A stretch of DNA of 64,000 nt from Candidatus Multivoradales bacterium. Lineage in GTDB: Bacteria > Acidobacteriota > Thermoanaerobaculia > Multivoradales > J023. Where the stretch lies: positions 1,088,001 to 1,152,000 of the forward strand of contig CBDFLE010000005.1 in the NCBI GenBank assembly GCA_965248925.1, read 5' to 3'. Below the pieces are notes generated by a model. The model ran no database searches, was not told the DNA's origin, and saw nothing but the letters and a program-made list of their open reading frames with translations. Of this stretch, positions 9,762-20,831 are shown in pieces. A program made the position numbers and the translations under genes. The number at the start of each line of letters is the position of its first letter. Positions within the stretch are counted from its first letter, which is position 1.

Positions 9762-11612
9762 GTGCAGGTACGTCGAAAACCGAAAGCTTACATACGTCTA
9801 TGCGAATACGCAAGAACTAGCATTGTGGCCAGCGCCGCAATCAGCCTGGCATTGGTCGGTAGCACGGCTTCTCAGGCGTTCCAACTCGTCGAGCTACCTT
9901 TGCGCGTCGATTGGACGCTCTACTCAGCCAACTCCAACGAATGCTGCGTACCGCCACCAGCCAGCGGCGCGGTAGCCTGCGGCAACTACGGCACCTTCTT
10001 TTTTGGCGCCGATCCCGGCGGCTCGGTCGACTGTCTGGTCAAAGCCGGGGGGTCCGATCCCAGTCCGATTGGCTACAATCTACCCAAACACCAGGCCGAT
10101 CAGAATTTCTTTGCCCTCGAAGTGCCGATCGAATGGCCGAGAAAGGCCGGCTCGCAGCAAATCGGCAACGGCGACGACGGTCAAGGCGACCACGGTCAAG
10201 GCAGCGATAGCGACCAGGAGCAGCCGCCGTCCCCTCCAGTTCGTCCTCCTGGCTCACCCTGCCATGATTTCTCTTGCCTGAGCCCGGCCGGCGGTGAAGA
10301 CGGCCAGCAACCCTGGATGATGATTCTCGACTGGCAAGAAGAACCACTCGCCAAGCACGGCATGATGGTGGCGGCAATCGCCAGCCAGATGTTCCACGAA
10401 CCAGTGACCCTATTCGGTGTTGACCGTCCCGAAACCGTAACCTTGCTCGGCGCCGGCATCAGCGACGCCCACTTGATCTACAACCTCTGCGAGGTGATCG
10501 AAGAGGTGGATGCGGGTACCCTGCGAGCACCGACCAGCCTCAACATGAGCCTCGGCCGCCACCACCAGGAGGGCGAGGCCACCGATCTGAGCTGCGACTC
10601 CAACACCCTCAACTGCCAACTGGCCCAGGTCATCCAACAGCTCCGCCACAAGGGCACTATCCCCTTCGCCGCCGCGGGCAACTATCGGCAGAAGGAATTT
10701 CCCGGCATCCTGGAGCACGTCGTCGAGGTTGGAAACTTGGATATGGCCCGCTTCCAGGCCAGCCAAGCCTCCGAGCCCACCTGGGAAACCCCCCCGGACA
10801 CTCAGTTGCTAATGCCCGGCTACGGCATGTGCATCGAATACCCCGACCACGGGCAACGGTTGCTCTACGCCACTCCTGGCGGCACTTCCTTCTCCAGCAT
10901 CAACGCCGCCAGCATGATCAGCAGAGCCATGTTGGACTACGACCTGGCCGATCCGACGGGCCTTTCCTGGGCACCGGAATGGCGAGAGCACCCCGAGAGC
11001 CACGGCGGGTGTTTCGTTTTCGGCGACTTCTCACCGCCGAATTGCAACCCGGTTCTCGACCGGATGATCAAACGGATGACCAATTTCCCAGTTCCCACAT
11101 GCTGGTCGCCGGAGATCTCCGCCTCGGTACTTGATCTGGACATGCCGGCGGTGCCACCGCAGCGCAAGCTAACCCTAGATAAGCCCGGACTGTCGGAGTG
11201 CCTGGCCAACCACCTGCCAGCCCCCACCAATGACATTTGCATCCCCTGTGGCATGGGTCAGAGCGAGTCCAAATCAGCGCCGCTGGGTAAATACATCGAC
11301 CGCCCCATGGACGCTGCCAACGATTTGATTCTCGATCTCTCGGGGAGCGCTCCAGAGCAGAGCAGCAGCGCCACTCGACCGACCTCGATGTACTTGCGGA
11401 TCGGTAGTGAATTCCATCTCCTACTCGGCCCTGACAACCCGCAAGAAATCGCCGACTTGTCTGATGCCAGGTACCAAAACTTGGTGGTGCGCAACGCCAT
11501 CTCTTATGTCCCAGCGGACATCCAACCCTCCTTAGTGACGTTCTACGCCCAACCGGGTGCCAACGACCTAGGTTGTTGGCACGCTTCACCGATTCTGCTG
11601 ATGGGTCGCTAG
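9762..11612 (+). CDS. Secreted Cys-rich S8 (subtilase)-like serine protease, paralog 1
   Basis: Signal peptide; MILDW (Asp), KHGMM (His), NMSLG, AAAGN, GGTSFSS (Ser); start codon uncertain. Confidence 0.8.
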   Translation: MQVRRKPKAYIRLCEYARTSIVASAAISLALVGSTASQAFQLVELPLRVDWTLYSANSNECCVPPPASGAVACGNYGTFFFGADPGGSVDCLVKAGGSDPSPIGYNLPKHQADQNFFALEVPIEWPRKAGSQQIGNGDDGQGDHGQGSDSDQEQPPSPPVRPPGSPCHDFSCLSPAGGEDGQQPWMMILDWQEEPLAKHGMMVAAIASQMFHEPVTLFGVDRPETVTLLGAGISDAHLIYNLCEVIEEVDAGTLRAPTSLNMSLGRHHQEGEATDLSCDSNTLNCQLAQVIQQLRHKGTIPFAAAGNYRQKEFPGILEHVVEVGNLDMARFQASQASEPTWETPPDTQLLMPGYGMCIEYPDHGQRLLYATPGGTSFSSINAASMISRAMLDYDLADPTGLSWAPEWREHPESHGGCFVFGDFSPPNCNPVLDRMIKRMTNFPVPTCWSPEISASVLDLDMPAVPPQRKLTLDKPGLSECLANHLPAPTNDICIPCGMGQSESKSAPLGKYIDRPMDAANDLILDLSGSAPEQSSSATRPTSMYLRIGSEFHLLLGPDNPQEIADLSDARYQNLVVRNAISYVPADIQPSLVTFYAQPGANDLGCWHASPILLMGR

Positions 11613-11630
11613 GCCTCACCAGCACCCAGG

Positions 11631-11672
11631 GATTGAAACCACGAGATCAAAACCGCGAGATGAAGACCGCGG
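11631..11672. repeat. Three imperfect 14-bp direct repeats between S8 paralogs 1 and 2
   Basis: GATTGAAACCACGA / GATCAAAACCGCGA / GATGAAGACCGCGG. Confidence 0.7.
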
Positions 11673-11728
11673 CGCCCGGAACCACTCCAACAACAGCCGC
11701 CGTTCAGTAGCAAGCAGAAGGGGATACA

Positions 11729-13624
11729 TTGAAAAGAATTCGGCTCATGCTAAAGACTCGCTTTCGCCGGCCTCGGCTGATCGCCGCCATCGCCTGCGGC
11801 CTCCTACCGATCAGTGCCACCGCTCAAGCAGGAGTGATATTCCCGATCGTCGACCCCGACGATATCGAATGGACCCTCTACTCGTCGCAGCCCGGAGACT
11901 GCAATTCGCCTCCCCCCGACTCCTTGTCGGTAGATTGCGGCACCTACGGCACGTTCTATTTTGGCCCACCGCTACCACAGTTAGATTGCACCGATTTGGC
12001 ATCTGGAACCGAAAGTGCGCCGGGCGGCTACAATCTGCACAGCTTTGAGGTGCTAGCCAAGCGGCAGTACACCGACGCGGTCTTCACCATCCTGCCGATT
12101 CTAAAAGCCGCCGCCAATATCGGCAGCGGTACTGGCAGCGGTATTGGCAGCGGTAATGGCGAGCTGAATCAACCACTGGAGGCACCGCTCAAGCCCTGCG
12201 CCAACGGCTCGTGCCTGAGTCCGCCCGGCGGCGGCGATGGCCAGCAGCGGTGGCTGATGGTCCTCGATTGGAAGAATGGGCCGCAAGCGGATCATGGCCT
12301 GATGATGGCGGCGATCGGCTCCCAAGTATGGCAAGGAGCGGTGCATCTGGCCGGGGTCGATTCGACAGAGACCATCAGCGTGCTGGGCGAAGGGATCAGC
12401 GATGGCCACTTGATCCATCAGCTCTGTCAGATCGTCGACTCAGTAGACGACGGCATCTTGCGCGCTCCGGAAGGCCTAAGTATGAGCCTGGGACGCTACG
12501 ACGAGGGAACTAGCTCCTCCAGCAGCTGTACCGCCACTTCCAGCGAGTTGACTTGTCAGTTGCAACAGGTAATCCAGCAGTTGGCCGACGCCGGCACCCT
12601 GGTATTCGCCGCCGCGGGCAATTACCAGAAGTTGGAGATTCCCGCCACTCTGCCCAACGTCACCGATATCGGCAATCTCGACATGCCGGCCTTCCAGCAT
12701 TTCGGCGCCATCCAACCCTCCTGGGAATCACCCGCCGAGAGCACATTGGTGTTTCCCGGCTCCGGTATTTGTGTGGAATACGAAAATGCTGGCGAGCGGT
12801 TGCTCTACCCCACGCCGGGGGGTACTTCCTACGCCAACATCATCGCCGCCAGCATGATCAGCCGCGCCGCTGTGACCTACCAACTGCCAGAGCCCCTGGC
12901 CTACTCTTGGAAACCGAGCTGGCAGCAGCCGACCAACGAGCATGGGGAAGGGAATGGCGAAGGCTGTTTCGTCTACGGCAATTTTGGCTATCCCTATTGC
13001 AATCAAGCCGTGAGCCGAATGATGAAACGAATTCTCGGCTTTCCGATAACAACCTGTTGGTCGGTCGAGATCAGCAATGCGGTGCTCGAGATAGACATGC
13101 CGGCGGGTGCACCGCTGGTCGGCGTCACCGACGACGCACCAGGGCTATCCCAATGCCTTGCCAACCATCAACCAGCACCGACCAACGATCTGTGCATCCC
13201 TTGTGGCATGGGCCAGAGCAAGGCCAAGGCACAGCAGCTGTGGCGGTCGAAGGCTATCGGCAGACCGATTGACGAACGACGAGACGCGGTGCTCGACATC
13301 TCCGCCACTACTCCGCTGAACCCACCCGGTACTTCAGTCACCCTCGAGATCACCGAGCTCTTCCTGCGGGTCGGCGAAGACTTCTACCCGCTGCTCAGCA
13401 GGAGCGACCCCGGTCAGGCGTTCCAGCTGAGCCAAATGGCGAAGGCTAAGTTCGAAACCCTGGTGGTCTATGGTGCCATCCCCTTCGTGCCTGCTGGATC
13501 GCAACCCTCGCTGGTGGCTTTCTACCAGGAAACGGCTTCAGCGGGATCCATCCAAACCGACTGTTGGCACTCCTCGCCTCTGAACATGATGGGGGCCGGT
13601 GACGCGAACTCGCTATACCCCTGA
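11729..13624 (+). CDS. Secreted Cys-rich S8-like serine protease, paralog 2
   Basis: MVLDW, DHGLM, SMSLG, AAAGN, GGTSYAN; collinear with paralog 1. Confidence 0.8.
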   Translation: MKRIRLMLKTRFRRPRLIAAIACGLLPISATAQAGVIFPIVDPDDIEWTLYSSQPGDCNSPPPDSLSVDCGTYGTFYFGPPLPQLDCTDLASGTESAPGGYNLHSFEVLAKRQYTDAVFTILPILKAAANIGSGTGSGIGSGNGELNQPLEAPLKPCANGSCLSPPGGGDGQQRWLMVLDWKNGPQADHGLMMAAIGSQVWQGAVHLAGVDSTETISVLGEGISDGHLIHQLCQIVDSVDDGILRAPEGLSMSLGRYDEGTSSSSSCTATSSELTCQLQQVIQQLADAGTLVFAAAGNYQKLEIPATLPNVTDIGNLDMPAFQHFGAIQPSWESPAESTLVFPGSGICVEYENAGERLLYPTPGGTSYANIIAASMISRAAVTYQLPEPLAYSWKPSWQQPTNEHGEGNGEGCFVYGNFGYPYCNQAVSRMMKRILGFPITTCWSVEISNAVLEIDMPAGAPLVGVTDDAPGLSQCLANHQPAPTNDLCIPCGMGQSKAKAQQLWRSKAIGRPIDERRDAVLDISATTPLNPPGTSVTLEITELFLRVGEDFYPLLSRSDPGQAFQLSQMAKAKFETLVVYGAIPFVPAGSQPSLVAFYQETASAGSIQTDCWHSSPLNMMGAGDANSLYP

Positions 13625-13686
13625 CCCCGCCGCCTGGCAGTCTCCTGGTTTAAATCGCACTCGAACACCTGCCGCTGATCGGCCTT

Positions 13687-13696
13687 GGGGGGGGGG
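13687..13696. repeat. G10 homopolymer inside an inverted repeat upstream of anti-sigma-like gene 2
   Basis: GCCGCTGAT (13671-13679) ... G10 ... ATCAGCGGC (13699-13707). Confidence 0.9.
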
Positions 13697-13774
13697 CAAT
13701 CAGCGGCCCTTCAGACTCCTGAATAATCAAGGGGAGCGAACCAAAGTGACCTTTCGCAAGTCTTCGGGGGCAAC

Positions 13775-14620
13775 ATGAGACTGATTGAAAGAGACCACCT
13801 ACTATGGACCTTGGCGGATATTCGGCGGCAGAACGCCACGGAGGGGCCAAATCCGGCGCCGCAGGCAATACCGATTGACCACCTACTGCTGAGCTATCGC
13901 CACGACCAGCAGACCGCCGCGGGCCGCCGCCGCATCGAAACCTTGCTGGCCAGCAGCAGCGCGGCTCGCCGCCGTCTGTATCACCTTGCCGAGGTCAACC
14001 TATCTTCGCCGCCAGCGGAGCTGCGGTGCCAACTCCTCAGCAGGGCCCGGCAGCCGCGCCGACACCACATCCATGGGTCGGCGTTCCTCGCCCTGGCGGC
14101 AACGGCCTTGCTCGCGCTGGGTTCCTGGCAGCTGCTCGGGGGCCAGCAGCCTCTGCCGTTGCCAGCGCAGACCTCCTTCACTTTAGTGCTCGAGGGTGGG
14201 TTCGGCGCACGCCGGGCTGCTGACTCCGCGGCCGCGGCCAGCACTACCCTGGGGCTTGCTAGCGTGCATCCTTCAAGCCATTTGAGATTCGTTCTGCAGC
14301 CCGAGAGCGAGTTCGACATGGATCTTCTGTACGGCCTCTACCGCCAGGCTAATGGAGACCTCCAGCGGGTCACTCACGGACTTCACATGCAACTGGAAGG
14401 TGGCGGCGCCCAGCTAAGCATTAGCGCCGCGAACCTGCTCGGCTACCAGCCTGGGGACTACCAAGTTTTCCTGGTGGTCGGCGCGGGCAGCCTACCCAGC
14501 AGAGTCGACTTGGAGCCGCGGCGAGATCCACTCGCAAGCCTCAGCCAGGACGGCTTGCGACGCGCCTATTCACAATTACTCAGGCTGGAGGCCGAGACCT
14601 CGGCGGCAGCTACCTACTGA
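13775..14620 (+). CDS. Anti-sigma-factor-like single-pass membrane protein (paralog 2)
   Basis: Clear paralog of 8852-9688 (MRxIxRxxLLWxL, PIDxLLxxYR, EGGGAxL, RRAYSQxL). Confidence 0.7.
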   Translation: MRLIERDHLLWTLADIRRQNATEGPNPAPQAIPIDHLLLSYRHDQQTAAGRRRIETLLASSSAARRRLYHLAEVNLSSPPAELRCQLLSRARQPRRHHIHGSAFLALAATALLALGSWQLLGGQQPLPLPAQTSFTLVLEGGFGARRAADSAAAASTTLGLASVHPSSHLRFVLQPESEFDMDLLYGLYRQANGDLQRVTHGLHMQLEGGGAQLSISAANLLGYQPGDYQVFLVVGAGSLPSRVDLEPRRDPLASLSQDGLRRAYSQLLRLEAETSAAATY

Positions 14621-14693
14621 TCCATCGCGGCAGGCGGCTCTCGGCCGGTTCCGGCCAGCCGCTGCCCGTAGCGAACCCACGGAAGGGGATTCC

Positions 14694-16565
<1,872 letters not shown>

Positions 16566-16625
16566 ACCAGCGGCTGAACGAGCGGCCGAAAGAAGGTGAA
16601 GTCCGCGGGTGCTAAGGTCGGCGCC

Positions 16626-17801
16626 ATGACCAGTGCACCTCCCCTGACCGATGCCGAACTGCTAAGCCGACTAGTGGGTTTTGATTCCACTAGCCAGCAC
16701 AGCAATCTGCCGATCGCCGACTTTATCTGCACTTACCTCGACCGACCCGGTCTGCGTATCGAGCGCAACCCCTCAGCGGCCGGCGACAAGGTCAATCTGG
16801 TGATCTCGACCGGCCCCGAAGTCGACCCGGTCAGTCGCGCGGGGTTGGTACTTTGCGGCCATATGGATGTTGTGCCAGCCACCGAGCCGGAGTGGCAGAG
16901 CAACCCCTTCGAACTGGTCGAGACCAGCAGCAGCTATGTCGGCCGCGGCGCCTGCGACATGAAGGGGTTTCTCGCCTTGGCGATCAACCTGGCGGCGCAG
17001 GCTAACCCAAGTCAGCTCGACGCACCGCTGGTCTTGCTGCTGACTTACGACGAGGAGGTCGGTACCTTGGGTGGCAAACACTTCGTCGACAGCTGGCCGT
17101 TCGCCGAGCGCCCGGTGCCGCGGCGGACTATTATCGGCGAGCCAACCTCCCTCGCCGCCGTACGCCTGCACAAAGGCCACGCCAAAATGCGCTTGACGGT
17201 GCGCGGCGTCGGTGCCCACAGCGGTTACCCCCACCTGGGAGAGAACGCGATCGAGCCAGCAGCTCGCGCCATTGTCGCCCTCGGCGAGTTGCGGCAGCAG
17301 CTCGAGGACGAAGCTGGCGCCGAAGCAGAACACTTTCCCCAAGTACCCTTCGTCGCGCTCAATATCGCCACCGTCGCGGGCGGCTCGGCGGTCAACATCG
17401 TGCCTGAGGAGTGCCAAGTCGAATTGGGCTTCCGAGTGCTACCAGGAATGCAGGCCGCGGACATCGAACATCGCATTCACCAAGTAGTGACCACCACCCT
17501 GGGCGACAGTGATTGGCAGCTCGAAGCCACCGGCGAAAGCCCACCCCTGGCCCTGGCCGAGAGCAACGACCTCTACCAGATGGTGTGCCAGCTGGTGGCT
17601 CAAGAGAACACCGCCAGCGCCTCTTTCGCCACCGATGGGGGTTGGCTGCAACAAGCCGCGATGGATTGTCTGTTGTTTGGTCCTGGAACCATCGAAGTGG
17701 CCCACAAACCGAATGAGTTCCTGCCCAAAGACGAGTTTCGCCGCGCCGCCGGGCTGCTGCGCAAGCTGTGCGAGCAACTCTGCGGCAGCGCAGCTGGCTG
17801 A
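16626..17801 (+). CDS. argE: Acetylornithine deacetylase (M20 family)
   Basis: GHMDVVP, GRGACDMKGF, DEEVG, IIGEPT, AHKPNEF. Confidence 0.88.
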   Translation: MTSAPPLTDAELLSRLVGFDSTSQHSNLPIADFICTYLDRPGLRIERNPSAAGDKVNLVISTGPEVDPVSRAGLVLCGHMDVVPATEPEWQSNPFELVETSSSYVGRGACDMKGFLALAINLAAQANPSQLDAPLVLLLTYDEEVGTLGGKHFVDSWPFAERPVPRRTIIGEPTSLAAVRLHKGHAKMRLTVRGVGAHSGYPHLGENAIEPAARAIVALGELRQQLEDEAGAEAEHFPQVPFVALNIATVAGGSAVNIVPEECQVELGFRVLPGMQAADIEHRIHQVVTTTLGDSDWQLEATGESPPLALAESNDLYQMVCQLVAQENTASASFATDGGWLQQAAMDCLLFGPGTIEVAHKPNEFLPKDEFRRAAGLLRKLCEQLCGSAAG

Positions 17802-17837
17802 AATCCGCCGCCAAAATCGCGAAGCCCAAAATATCTC

Positions 17838-17867
17838 TTGCATTAACACGAACGATCGTACTATTTT
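17838..17867 (+). promoter_or_regulatory. Putative sigma-70 promoter of tetR overlapped by an operator
   Basis: TTGCAT-18 bp-TATTTT ending 6 nt before the ATG (leaderless-like); spacer holds TTAACACGAACGATCGT. Confidence 0.6.
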
Positions 17868-17873
17868 ACTCGC

Positions 17874-18476
17874 ATGGGAAAAGGTGAAAATACCCGCCGG
17901 GCGATCCTCGACAAAGCCCTGGCCTTAGCCACCCAGATCGGCCTAGAAGGATTGACCATCGGCCGTCTGGCCAAGGAGGCCGGGATGTCGAAGAGTGGCC
18001 TCTTCGCCCATTTCGCCTCCAAAGAGAATCTGCAAATCGCGGTGCTAGAGCTAGCCACCGAGAGGTTTGTCGATACGGTGGTCAGGCCAGCTCAGAGCAG
18101 CGCCCCGGGCAAACCACGTCTGCAGGCCCTGATCGAGCGTTGGATCGTCTGGGAGCAGGCGATCTTCCAGCCGGGCGGTTGCATATTTGTCGCTGTTGCT
18201 CGGGAATTTGAAGATCGCCCTGGAGCGGTGCGCGACTACATCGTTCGCGACCAGCGGCGTTGGCTCGACGCCCTAGCCGGGGCAGCTCGCAGCGCCATTG
18301 ATGAAGGCCATTTTCGCGCCGACGTAGATCCGCAGCAGATGGCCTACGACTTCTACGCGATCATCTTCGCCTACCGCCACTTCAGCCGATTGCTCAAAGA
18401 CGAGGCGGCCGAAGAGCGCGTCCACCGAGCCTTTGCAAGGCTGATGACCAGCTACAGCGCTCCAGCCACTGACTAG
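17874..18476 (+). CDS. TetR/AcrR family transcriptional regulator
   Basis: HTH GLTIGRLAKEAGMSKSGLFAHFASKE; GGCIF motif. Confidence 0.95.
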   Translation: MGKGENTRRAILDKALALATQIGLEGLTIGRLAKEAGMSKSGLFAHFASKENLQIAVLELATERFVDTVVRPAQSSAPGKPRLQALIERWIVWEQAIFQPGGCIFVAVAREFEDRPGAVRDYIVRDQRRWLDALAGAARSAIDEGHFRADVDPQQMAYDFYAIIFAYRHFSRLLKDEAAEERVHRAFARLMTSYSAPATD

Positions 18477-18543
18477 GAAAACACCAAGTGCCACCTACCT
18501 CGGAAGCGCTTCGAAAGGGACTGTCTACGCTGCCACTAAAGGC

Positions 18544-18560
18544 ACGATCGTTCGTGTTAA
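18544..18560. promoter_or_regulatory. Second copy of the putative TetR operator
   Basis: ACGATCGTTCGTGTTAA is the exact reverse complement of 17843-17859. Confidence 0.7.
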
Positions 18561-18631
18561 TTATTCAATCTTCTCGGGAACCCGCCACGTTGATCACTAA
18601 TAGGTTTCTTGTATCCATTAAAAACACGATC

Positions 18632-19390
18632 GTGCTTTTAAGCATCACTGCCCTGCTGCTGCCATCCTCCATCTTGGCCTCCACTTCATCTCTGGCGGTA
18701 CTACCAGGTGGTTGGGTTCCAGACCCCGCCGCCAGCAGCCCAGAAATGCGCCGGTGGGCCGCCCGGATGGTGTCGGAGAAAGCCGCTGCAAGAGTCCAGT
18801 TCCGGCAGCTCGCTGACGCCCTCCTCAACCCTCGCAAGCTCGGGTTGAGAGAAGATTCCAACTTTACTCCCACTGCCCTCCAGGCCTTCACCTATCGGCG
18901 TGCCGACTGTGTTGGCTTCGCCTACTTGGCGATTGCTCTCGGTCGGACGGTCGGTTTGGACCTCGACTTGGTAATCGTCGGCGAGGTATTCGCAGAGCAA
19001 CAGCAGCAAGATTTGCGCATCGAACGACGCCATGTTGCCGCCGCCCTACGACTCGACTCGGGTCTCTTGATACTCGATTTTGCCGGACTGTCGGCTGCCT
19101 ACCCGAGCGCCCTGCAGTTTGTCGACCGGGCAACGGGCCGCGGTATCTTCCTGGCCAATCGCAGCGCCCAGAGCCTGCTCGCCGGTGAAATAGAAGAAGC
19201 GCTGTTATGGGGCCGGCTGGCACTGCTCTTGGCGCCTGACCTGCGGGCGGCGCGCAACAATTTCAGCGCAGCCTGGCAACGGACCGCCCATTATCAGGCG
19301 GCGCCCGACGCTTTACCGGCGATCAGCGAAGCCGCCATCGCAGAGTGCCCAGCAATTCGTCGGCAGAGCGGGTCCTGCCACCGACAATAA
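18632..19390 (+). CDS. Secreted transglutaminase-like (SirB1-type) protein with TPR tail
   Basis: RADCVGF...RHVAA...ILDF Cys-His-Asp pattern; start uncertain (ORF open from 18488). Confidence 0.6.
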   Translation: MLLSITALLLPSSILASTSSLAVLPGGWVPDPAASSPEMRRWAARMVSEKAAARVQFRQLADALLNPRKLGLREDSNFTPTALQAFTYRRADCVGFAYLAIALGRTVGLDLDLVIVGEVFAEQQQQDLRIERRHVAAALRLDSGLLILDFAGLSAAYPSALQFVDRATGRGIFLANRSAQSLLAGEIEEALLWGRLALLLAPDLRAARNNFSAAWQRTAHYQAAPDALPAISEAAIAECPAIRRQSGSCHRQ

Positions 19391-20693
19391 AGTCATTGGC
19401 CGCATACTCGAGGGTCAGGTCGATACCACCTAGAATGCCTATCCGGACCCCGATATCAAGCTTCTCCCAAAACCATGCAAAGCTCGGAGTCGGCGTTCCC
19501 GCGGGATTGCCAAACTGTGGATCGAGTTCAGAAAATCGCACGGCCGGCTGGAGGTAAGAGAAGAGCTGCTTGCCCCCTACTCCCCAGCGCGGAGGCAGAT
19601 CCCAGCGCCAAGCCAACTCCACCTCCCAAGCACTTCGATCCAACCCGGCCAGATCTTGTTCGACCCACTGGCCAAAGAGTGAGAATCCACTCCAATAGAG
19701 CCACAAATTGGCCCCGAACTCCGACTTGTCGTCGTCGGTCAAGGCGTAGGGGATCTGATTCAGCGGGCCGCGCAGGAGATCCAGGTCGCCACCGTACAAG
19801 GTACCTTCCAAGGCCACCGTCTCGGCGAGTTTTCGGCGGTAGGCAAAAGCCATGAAGTCCACCGCCCGATCGCCGCTGGCATTGGCGAAACGCAGGCCCA
19901 GAGCCGCTCCGGTCTCCAGGTCACCGTCGCTATCGAGATCCTCGATCTCCGCATCGTAGGGAACCACCACTCCGCTGCCCAGCCTGGGCTCGCGAGTGGG
20001 ATCGAAGGTCTCTGGCACTCCGTTGTCGCCGGCCAGGGCGTTGGGGTCGCGCATGAATAGAGGATTGCCCTGCGTAGCGGTGAGCTTGGTGTAGAAGTGG
20101 CGGCCGAAAGAAGCGCCGAATTCCACCCCCAGATCTTCGAATCGATTGAACACCGTCGCCGACAAGCCATAGCTCTCCAAGTGACGATCGTCCTGGCGTT
20201 CGAATTTGGGCATCTTGCCGATCTTGAGGTACATCCCCCAGGGAACTTCGGGCAGCTCAGCCGGCTCCATCTCATGGCCGAAGCGAATCCACGCCTCGTC
20301 GACATCGATCTGCCGATCCTCGGATGTCGGATTGCGGTCGTAGAGATCAATGAAGTCGACCTTGATCCGCCCATCAATCCCCTCGGCCCAAGTCGCATCG
20401 AGAGTGAAAGTGACGGTGGAGATCTCGAGATGCTCCCCTGGATCGACCACCCCTAGGTTCGCATCAAGGAGTTCTGTCCTGCCGCCAAGGTCGAGCGGAC
20501 CCACTCGCAGAGGGTGGGAAAACGCATCGCTATCGCGAAAATGAACCTTGGCCTCGAAGCCGAAATCCAGTTCTGGTCGCCCCCGCTTCTCTTCCGCGGA
20601 GTCTCTGACCGGCCTACCGTCCGCCTTGACGGAAGTCATCGGCAGGCAGCTCAGCAAGGCAAGCACAACAACCATAGCTGTGATCCGAAACAT
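19323..20693 (-). CDS. Putative outer-membrane beta-barrel protein
   Basis: Signal peptide, alternating beta pattern, IDVDEAWIRF, LKIGKM, C-terminal LRWRLR. Confidence 0.65.
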   Translation of the reverse strand: MFRITAMVVVLALLSCLPMTSVKADGRPVRDSAEEKRGRPELDFGFEAKVHFRDSDAFSHPLRVGPLDLGGRTELLDANLGVVDPGEHLEISTVTFTLDATWAEGIDGRIKVDFIDLYDRNPTSEDRQIDVDEAWIRFGHEMEPAELPEVPWGMYLKIGKMPKFERQDDRHLESYGLSATVFNRFEDLGVEFGASFGRHFYTKLTATQGNPLFMRDPNALAGDNGVPETFDPTREPRLGSGVVVPYDAEIEDLDSDGDLETGAALGLRFANASGDRAVDFMAFAYRRKLAETVALEGTLYGGDLDLLRGPLNQIPYALTDDDKSEFGANLWLYWSGFSLFGQWVEQDLAGLDRSAWEVELAWRWDLPPRWGVGGKQLFSYLQPAVRFSELDPQFGNPAGTPTPSFAWFWEKLDIGVRIGILGGIDLTLEYAANDFIVGGRTRSADELLGTLRWRLR

Positions 20694-20831
20694 CTAGAAA
20701 ACACCTCCATATTCAGCAGCAGCGACCGGGTTCTGGCCAATCACCACGCAGACTGCGATTCCGCTATGCTCGATAGCGCAGCATAACCCGCTAACCTGCG
20801 GCGGCCAAGACCGCGAACTCTGCTCCCCGAC

